Shown here in pieces: positions 57,366 to 64,000 of a stretch of DNA of 64,000 bases (positions within the stretch are counted from its first letter, which is position 1; every line of letters begins with the position of its first letter). The notes under the pieces are model-generated. The model was not told the DNA's origin and did no database searches. It saw only the letters and a list, made by a program, of their open reading frames with translations. The position numbers and the translations under genes are program-made. Source of the stretch: a bacterium (GTDB taxonomy: Bacteria > Margulisbacteria > Marinamargulisbacteria > JABGVJ01); the NCBI GenBank assembly GCA_018646105.1, contig JABGVJ010000099.1:5387-69386 (forward strand). The letters run 5' to 3'.

Positions 57366-58556
57366 ATGTTAGATAGAAATATAGTTAGATATCATTTTTT
57401 ATATCTTTTTATTTTTTTAAGTCCTTTTGTGAATAATATTAATGGATTTATGATGAAATTTTATAGTTTTAGTTTCGTAGGTCCGCTGTTTTATGCGATT
57501 TCTTTTTTATTTTTTGGTTTTAATATTTTACTTTATAGAAAAAAAGAAGTGTTATTAATAATTTTAGGGTTATTTTTCTATTTTTTGATTTTAGTTTTAA
57601 CGAATAGGTCTCCTTTTTCTAGCTTTGTTGTTTATATTAAATTAATTAACCCGATTATTATTTATTTTTATGTAAGGCATATGGTATTTGATAAGGATAA
57701 AATGAAGAAGATTATTCAAGTGATGATACTGTCAGCAGTATTGTATAGTAGTTTTATTGTTTTATCTGTTTTAACGGGTTTTACTTATTATGAAGGGAAG
57801 GGCTATATTGGGGCTATTCATGCAATTAATGCTCTTACTATGTATTATTTAGTGGTATTTTTCTTCTTGAGTATACTTAAGAGATCAGTTTCTAACAGTG
57901 AATTGTTTATATTTGTGGCTTATGTACTAATTAAAAGTAAGACGATCTTAATTTTTATGCCTATTTATATATATAGATTATTTAAATATGTATTAAAGAA
58001 TTGGAGTTTAGGTTTTAGATTATTAGGTTTTTTTGGGGGTATTATATTTAGCTATAAATATTTTTACGAATGGTTTATTTTGAAATTTCAGCAAAGTTTT
58101 ATAGATTTGTATTCTATGAGAGATTTATTTTTTTATTATACTTTAGACCAAGTATTAAATTTTTTGACTTTTGGCCGCTGGACTATATGGTTGTTGGTTT
58201 TGCAAAATTACAATAAAACTTTTTTAGATGTGATAATAGGTAGTGGATATTATGGAGCTAAATATTTGACAGGGGGGAAGATTGGGATAGAGATGGATGT
58301 ATTAAATGCTTTTAATGTATATGGAATGGTCGGCGTTTTTTTAATTTTTCTTTTTTACTATGTTCCTATTTTTAAGTTTAAAATTTCTAATTATAGTAAA
58401 TTATTATTTTTTGTTGTACTGGTATCTGCTTTTTTTGGAGGGCATTTGGCAGTAGGTCCAATAGCGAATACTATGTATGGTGTTGTTTTGGGGCTTTTGT
58501 ATAATAACGATAAAAAATTAGTGGGAGAATTTTTTGAAATACGTAATGGTGACTAA
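57366..58556 (+). CDS. wzy: putative O-antigen polymerase
   Basis: about 10-11 TM with GR...IIGSG...EMD loop; located among glycosyltransferases in a Wzx locus. Confidence 0.65.
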   Translation: MLDRNIVRYHFLYLFIFLSPFVNNINGFMMKFYSFSFVGPLFYAISFLFFGFNILLYRKKEVLLIILGLFFYFLILVLTNRSPFSSFVVYIKLINPIIIYFYVRHMVFDKDKMKKIIQVMILSAVLYSSFIVLSVLTGFTYYEGKGYIGAIHAINALTMYYLVVFFFLSILKRSVSNSELFIFVAYVLIKSKTILIFMPIYIYRLFKYVLKNWSLGFRLLGFFGGIIFSYKYFYEWFILKFQQSFIDLYSMRDLFFYYTLDQVLNFLTFGRWTIWLLVLQNYNKTFLDVIIGSGYYGAKYLTGGKIGIEMDVLNAFNVYGMVGVFLIFLFYYVPIFKFKISNYSKLLFFVVLVSAFFGGHLAVGPIANTMYGVVLGLLYNNDKKLVGEFFEIRNGD

Positions 58557-59652
58557 TATTCCGGCACCTTATCGGGAAAAGGTCCATGAAAATGTGTCAA
58601 AATATTTTTGGGATGAATATTTGGTGGTTTATGCAGATAAGAAAGAATCAAATAGAGAATGGCAGTTTGATGATGGTAATTATAAAAAAATATTTTTAAA
58701 AAAGTTTTTATTTGAATATAAAGAGAAATTTATTCATATAAATTTTGATGTTTGGACTATATTAAATAAATATAATCCTCAAGTAGTCATAACCTGTGGT
58801 TTTAATCCTACTTTTTTAATGGCTTTTTTATGGGCTAAATTGAAACATAAAAAACATATCTGTATGACTGATGGCGGGGTTGGCTCAGAGAAGAGATTAA
58901 GTTTTTTGCATAGATTAGTAAGAAAAGTAGTTTATAAGTATTCAGATGCCTTTATAGGGGCGAGTGATAAAAGTTTAGATTTGTATAGATGTTATAGGTG
59001 TGATGAAAACAAATTATTTAAAAGTTGTTTGTGTATTGATAATGATTACTACGCTAAATTTATAAAGAAAATGGAAGATAGAAAATATGATATTATGTTT
59101 TCCGGTCGTTTTGTTGATGGTAAAATGCCCATGTTTTTTGCGGAAATTTGTGATGAATTAAATAAGAAAATAATAGATTTGAAAGTGTTAATTATTGGAG
59201 ATGGAGAATTAAAGTCTGTTTTTCTAGATAAATTACAAGAATATAAAATAAATTTTGATTATCCTGGATTTATAGATCAAAAAAAATTACCGTTATATTA
59301 TGCTGACAGCAAAATTTTGTTGTTTCCTACGAAGACGGATACTTGGGGTATAGTGGCTAATGAAGCTTGCGCTGTAGGGACCCCGGTAATTACGATGGAA
59401 TCCGCGGGAGTATCTGGAGAATTAGTAAAACATGATTATAATGGATATATTCTTGATTTGAATATTGAAACTTGGGCTAAATATAGTGAGTCACTCTTAA
59501 AAGACAATAAACTTCATAGTATTTTTTCTAAGAATAGTTTGGAAGAAGTAAAAAATTATAGTTATAGAAGGGCGGCTAAAGGAATTATAGATGCGATTAA
59601 TTATGTTAAAATTAAAAATAAAAAGAGGAGTAAAAAACGATGGATAAATTAG
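58534..59652 (+). CDS. glycosyltransferase family 4
   Basis: TNIPAPYR, FSGRF, DTWGIVANEA. Confidence 0.9.
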   Translation: MKYVMVTNIPAPYREKVHENVSKYFWDEYLVVYADKKESNREWQFDDGNYKKIFLKKFLFEYKEKFIHINFDVWTILNKYNPQVVITCGFNPTFLMAFLWAKLKHKKHICMTDGGVGSEKRLSFLHRLVRKVVYKYSDAFIGASDKSLDLYRCYRCDENKLFKSCLCIDNDYYAKFIKKMEDRKYDIMFSGRFVDGKMPMFFAEICDELNKKIIDLKVLIIGDGELKSVFLDKLQEYKINFDYPGFIDQKKLPLYYADSKILLFPTKTDTWGIVANEACAVGTPVITMESAGVSGELVKHDYNGYILDLNIETWAKYSESLLKDNKLHSIFSKNSLEEVKNYSYRRAAKGIIDAINYVKIKNKKRSKKRWIN

Positions 59653-60332
59653 GTATGACTTTTGAGCAATTTTTAGCAAATACGAGTCCAAATATAGCTT
59701 TAGGGAGTTTTGTATTTGATCTGTTATTAACGTTTTTATTAACTTTGCTATTAGGATATGTATATATAAAGTTTGGGCATGCGTTATCTAATCGTAAATC
59801 GTTTGCTAGAAATTTTGTTTTGATTACTATGACCACGATGTTGATTATTACAGTGGTTAAATCATCTTTGGCCTTATCTTTAGGTTTAGTGGGAGCTTTG
59901 TCTATTGTGAGGTTTAGGACAGCTTTAAAAGAGCCAGAAGAGTTAGCGTATACCTTTTTTGCGATAGCCCTAGGTTTGGGATTTGGTGCGAATCAAAGAG
60001 TGCTTACCATTGTTGCTTTTATAATCATTGTGGGTTTGGTTATAGCTAGAAGTTATTTTTCAAAACAAGGTGGAGCTCATCATAATTTGCATTTAACTAT
60101 TTCTAGTCATAAGCCGGAAAAGGTTAAGTTGACAGAAATAGTAGAGGTTTTGAAAGAGCATAGTGAAGCCGTAGATATGAAACGTTTAACAGAAGGTGAA
60201 GGTACATTAGATGTTTCTTTGTATGTAGAGTTTAATACTTTTGAACAATTAAATAAGGCTAAAGAAGCATTGCAAAGAATAGATAAATCTATAAACTTGA
60301 ATTTTTTTGATAACGCAGGGATTATGGCGTGA
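59640..60332 (+). CDS. DUF4956 family membrane protein
   Basis: SSLALSLGLVGALSIVRFRTALKEPEE signature. Confidence 0.9.
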   Translation: MDKLGMTFEQFLANTSPNIALGSFVFDLLLTFLLTLLLGYVYIKFGHALSNRKSFARNFVLITMTTMLIITVVKSSLALSLGLVGALSIVRFRTALKEPEELAYTFFAIALGLGFGANQRVLTIVAFIIIVGLVIARSYFSKQGGAHHNLHLTISSHKPEKVKLTEIVEVLKEHSEAVDMKRLTEGEGTLDVSLYVEFNTFEQLNKAKEALQRIDKSINLNFFDNAGIMA

Positions 60333-62908
60333 AGCTTAAAAGGCATCAGGTAAGATTAAAGATACCTCAAATAATAAATAAATTTTGGCAATCTTTGTTA
60401 AAAAGAAAAGTTTTATTAGGAGTAATAGTTGGTTTAGTAAGCTTGTTGGTTTTTTTGTTTTATAGTTTGTATATGGTTTATGTTGGGATTAATTTACATA
60501 AAACACAAAAAGCTCAGTCCCTAAAGGAAATAGTACATAATGTAGTTGCTAGAAAAATAGAATTTATTCCAAATTATTTTAAAGGGGTAGCAACTTCTAA
60601 ACCAACTCAAATAAGACTGGATATTAAGTTTAAAGATTATCAAAAAATGACATATTACAGAAAAGTTGCGCTTAGCAACTACACAATCCCTCCTTTTATT
60701 AAAGAAGAAGAGTTTTCTGCTGAGTTGATCTCTGATGGGCAGGTTATTCCAGTTAAATTAAAATTAATGGGCTTTAATTTGGATCATATCGGGGATTATG
60801 ATAAATGGTCGTTTAGAGTAAAGGCTAAAAAAAATAATACATTTTTTGGTATGAAGAAATTTTCGTTATTAGTGCCGCAATCACGTGGGTATCTTTCTGA
60901 ATGGATATATCATATGTTGAAAAAAAGAGAGGGTTTAATTTCTTTAAGATATGATTTTGTTGATGTGACAATTAATGGTAAACATAGAGGGTTATATGTA
61001 ATTGAAGAGCATTTTGATAAACGGTTGATAGAAAATAATAATTTAAGAGAAGGTGTATTATTTAAACCAGGGTTAGATAAGGTAGATGTTTATAATAAAA
61101 ATAAGATAAAGCAAAATCCAGTATTAAAAAAACAGTTGAATTTACTTAATAAATTATGGCAAGCTTTTTTAGTTGGTCAGATTCCGGCTAATAAATTGTT
61201 TGATATTGATAAATTAGCAAAATTTTATGCTATTACAGATTCAATTAATGGGCATCATTCTTTGTTAATATCAGATGGATATTGGAATTTAAATACCAAT
61301 TTAAATTTTTATTTTAACCCGATAACAAATTTGATAGAACCTATAGGCAGGGAAGGCAATTTGTTGCGTTATAGCGATAGAAGAGCTTCTTCAGTTTTTA
61401 TTAGTGCAGCTAGTAATTTTAGATTTCATAGGAAAGTATTTAATGATAGTGGTTTTGTTAATAAGTATATTCAAGCATTAGATAAGATTTCTAAAACGGA
61501 ATATTTAGATAATTTTTTTGAAAATATTGATAAAGAAATGCAAAAAAAGCTTAATATAATTTATAAATACAATCCCTTTTATGCGTACCCTAAAGAATTT
61601 TTGTATGAAAATCAAAAATATATAAGATCTGAATTATATTCTAAAAAAGTAGAGTTAGCGGTGTATTATCAGCAAAAGAATAAAAAAAGATTGCAGTTAA
61701 GGGTGGAAAATTTGCAAGTTTTACCTATAAAAATTATATCTGCTAAATTTGGAGATTTAATTTTAGAATCAGCGACAGAAATTGTTTTATCAGCAAAAGA
61801 AGCTAAGAAAGTGGGTTTTATAATTCCGTCAGATTTTGTTTGGCCTAAGACTGATGAGAATTTGGAGATAGGATATAAAGTATTAGGGCTAGATGATGTT
61901 AGAACCGCTATAGTTTTTCCTTGGTCGCACAAAAAAATAGAGCCGTTTAACTATAATCCAACTAAACAAGAACCTAATTATAAAAAGTTTAATTTAAAAG
62001 TAAATGAGAAATTAAAAACTATAGAGGTTAAAAAGAAGTTAATTTTAAGTAAAGATTTGGTTATACCGGCTGGCTATACGTTGATAGCTGGGCCAGGCAG
62101 TCGGATAAATTTGATAAATCAAGCTAAGCTTATTTTATATTCGCCACTTAAATTTATAGGATCTAAAAAAGCTCCCATTAAAATTTATTCTTCTGATTCC
62201 AAAGGGCAGGGGATTGTGGTGATGAATGCTAAAGAAGAATCGGTGTTGGAATATGTACAATTTAATAATTTATCTAATCCAGCACAAGCAGGCTGGTCGT
62301 TAACTGGCGCGGTAAATTTTTATGAGTCACCAGTAGTAATTAGTAATTGTTTGTTTAATAAAAATAGGTCTGAAGATGCGTTAAATATTATTCGTTCTAA
62401 ATTTGAAATCAAGGATACCTTGTTTGAGAAAATAAAGTCAGATGCTTTTGATTCGGATTTTTCTAATGGAATAATCAAAAACACATCATTTATTAATTGT
62501 GGGAATGATGCCATAGATGTATCTGGAAGTTTTGTGGAAGTGGAAGATGTGTTGATTGATGGGGTAGGAGATAAAGGAATAAGTGCGGGTGAAGGCAGTC
62601 AAATGATTGTAAAAAATATTGAAATAAAAAATGCGGAAATAGCAGTGGCCAGTAAGGATAGTTCTAGGATAGATTTGCAGGATAGTAAAATAAGTAAGAG
62701 TAAAGTAGGGTTTGCAGTTTTTCAAAAAAAATCTGAATTTGGACCTGGAATTATAGAGGCTTTAAATATAAAATTGAAAAAAGTCAAAGTGCCATATTTA
62801 GTAGAGAAAAAATCAACTTTATTGATTGATGGTAAAAAGAAGAAGTCAAAACAGAAAAAAGTTAAAGAAATTTTATATGGGAATGAATATGGTAAAAGCA
62901 GCAAATAA
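60329..62908 (+). CDS. CotH kinase-like protein with C-terminal beta-helix
   Basis: N-terminal TM; KWSFRVK, GLYVIEEHF, FYFNP; C-terminal repeats EDALN, DAFDSDFS, NDAIDVSGS, DKGISAGE. Confidence 0.8.
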   Translation: MKLKRHQVRLKIPQIINKFWQSLLKRKVLLGVIVGLVSLLVFLFYSLYMVYVGINLHKTQKAQSLKEIVHNVVARKIEFIPNYFKGVATSKPTQIRLDIKFKDYQKMTYYRKVALSNYTIPPFIKEEEFSAELISDGQVIPVKLKLMGFNLDHIGDYDKWSFRVKAKKNNTFFGMKKFSLLVPQSRGYLSEWIYHMLKKREGLISLRYDFVDVTINGKHRGLYVIEEHFDKRLIENNNLREGVLFKPGLDKVDVYNKNKIKQNPVLKKQLNLLNKLWQAFLVGQIPANKLFDIDKLAKFYAITDSINGHHSLLISDGYWNLNTNLNFYFNPITNLIEPIGREGNLLRYSDRRASSVFISAASNFRFHRKVFNDSGFVNKYIQALDKISKTEYLDNFFENIDKEMQKKLNIIYKYNPFYAYPKEFLYENQKYIRSELYSKKVELAVYYQQKNKKRLQLRVENLQVLPIKIISAKFGDLILESATEIVLSAKEAKKVGFIIPSDFVWPKTDENLEIGYKVLGLDDVRTAIVFPWSHKKIEPFNYNPTKQEPNYKKFNLKVNEKLKTIEVKKKLILSKDLVIPAGYTLIAGPGSRINLINQAKLILYSPLKFIGSKKAPIKIYSSDSKGQGIVVMNAKEESVLEYVQFNNLSNPAQAGWSLTGAVNFYESPVVISNCLFNKNRSEDALNIIRSKFEIKDTLFEKIKSDAFDSDFSNGIIKNTSFINCGNDAIDVSGSFVEVEDVLIDGVGDKGISAGEGSQMIVKNIEIKNAEIAVASKDSSRIDLQDSKISKSKVGFAVFQKKSEFGPGIIEALNIKLKKVKVPYLVEKKSTLLIDGKKKKSKQKKVKEILYGNEYGKSSK

Positions 62909-63110
62909 GGACGTGACGCAAAATAGAATTTGGCGTTATGAACGGAAATTTTTTATTTCTGAACATAGTCGGTATGAAATAGAAAGTAATATTAAGTTGC
63001 ATCCAGCGTTTTTTTCTGAAATATATCATCAAAGATATGTGAATAATATTTATTTTGATTCTGTGAATATGGAAGATTATGTTTCTGGTGTTCAGGTTGT
63101 TTATGGCTAA
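62883..63110 (+). pseudogene. truncated VTC (polyphosphate polymerase) domain protein
   Basis: RYERKF and VNNIYFD N-terminal VTC motifs; stops after about 75 aa, overlapping the next gene. Confidence 0.7.
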
Positions 63111-64000
63111 TATTTTACTAATACATAATTATTATAAAATCAGAGGTGGGGAAGATGTTGTATTTGAGCAGGAAGCTGAAGCGTTGGAAAAGCGCGGACA
63201 TAAGGTAATCAAATATACCAGGCATAATGAAGAAATTGATCAATATGGGTTTTGGGAAAAGATAAGTTTTTTTTGGCGGGCGATTAGTAATCAGCGTACA
63301 AAAAGAGAATTGGAAGCACTTTTAGAAAAACATAAAATTGAGATTGCGCATGTTCACAATGTTTTTCCTTTGATTTCACCAATAATTTATAAAATATTGC
63401 ATAAACATAAAATAAAAGTTGTGCAGACGTTGCATAATTATCGTTTTTTGTGTCCTAACGGGCTTTTTTATAGAAATAAACAAATTTGTCAGAGATGTAG
63501 TAAGGGTGATTTTTGGTCTTGTGTTATTCATAAATGCTATAAGGACTCATTTATTTTTTCATTATTATATGCATTTATAATTAAACTTAATCAGAAGAAT
63601 TTTAAAAAGAATATAGATGGCTATATTGCTTTAACTCAATTTGCGAAAAATATATTTATTGATAATGGTTTTAAAGAAAAAAAGGTTTATGTAAAAGATA
63701 ATGGTTTTTTTGATCCGAAAAAGAGTCAAGAAGCATCAGAAGGGTATTTTTTGTATCTGGGTAGAATATCTGAGGAAAAAGGGCTTGATTTTTTATTAGC
63801 TAGTTTTGCTAAAATGCCGGAATACAAGCTAAAAGTGGCTGGCGCAGGATTTGATTTGGCTTGTTATAAAGAGAAATATCAGAATTTTGTAAATATTAAG
63901 TTTATGGGTAGAGTCGAAGGTGAAAAAAAAGATGTGCTGATACAGAAAACAGAAGCGTTGTTGATGCCTTCGGTTTGTTTTGAAAATTATCCTTTAGCGA
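63103..64000 (+). CDS. glycosyltransferase family 4 (partial, runs off the window)
   Basis: not in the ORF track; translated by hand: MANILLIHNYYKIRGGEDVVF...HVHNVFPLISP...QTLHNYRFLCPNG...YLGRISEEKG...PSVCFENYP. Confidence 0.9.
   Translation, partial: MANILLIHNYYKIRGGEDVVFEQEAEALEKRGHKVIKYTRHNEEIDQYGFWEKISFFWRAISNQRTKRELEALLEKHKIEIAHVHNVFPLISPIIYKILHKHKIKVVQTLHNYRFLCPNGLFYRNKQICQRCSKGDFWSCVIHKCYKDSFIFSLLYAFIIKLNQKNFKKNIDGYIALTQFAKNIFIDNGFKEKKVYVKDNGFFDPKKSQEASEGYFLYLGRISEEKGLDFLLASFAKMPEYKLKVAGAGFDLACYKEKYQNFVNIKFMGRVEGEKKDVLIQKTEALLMPSVCFENYPLA

Noticed and set aside
1-64000. Firm taxonomic assignment (e.g. a non-photosynthetic relative of Cyanobacteria such as Margulisbacteria)
   Set aside because: Plausible from gene style, but there is no rRNA or decisive marker and the LdpA block looks horizontally acquired; needs phylogeny of hisS, serS and proS

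Overview
AT-rich bacterial chromosomal window in two parts. (1) 1-19.5 kb: housekeeping and energy genes (hisS, CPA2 antiporter, DUF47, birA, MATE pump, radical SAM, proS, PPi-dependent PFK, dxs, desulfoferrodoxin, membrane pyrophosphatase, purE, purB, serS). Desulfoferrodoxin and the PPi enzymes suggest an anaerobe or microaerophile. BoxC/REP-like palindromes are scattered through the intergenic regions. (2) 19.6-64 kb: a mosaic Wzx/Wzy-type capsule or exopolysaccharide locus of more than 44 kb that runs off the right edge. The most interesting part is a reverse-strand operon (27.0-32.6 kb) with discordant strand skew. In it, a clear homologue of the cyanobacterial circadian-input Fe-S protein LdpA sits among two pyruvate-type aldolases, HAD phosphatases and a KdsB-like CMP-transferase, facing a divergent gene with CMP-sugar-transferase-like motifs. 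I infer an uncharacterised, probably PEP-synthase-independent CMP-ulosonate pathway in which the LdpA fold acts as an enzyme. Other candidates: a Gtr-like lipid-linked sugar cassette with a radical SAM enzyme and a methyltransferase-epimerase-SDR triple fusion; a multi-uORF attenuator-like leader before the MATE gene; a G10 tract in a FemAB-like gene; a repeat that overlaps the wecB RBS and start codon; and two truncated genes (HAD, VTC). No rRNA, tRNA, CRISPR array or transposase was seen. All family calls come from reading motifs by eye; no database search was run.
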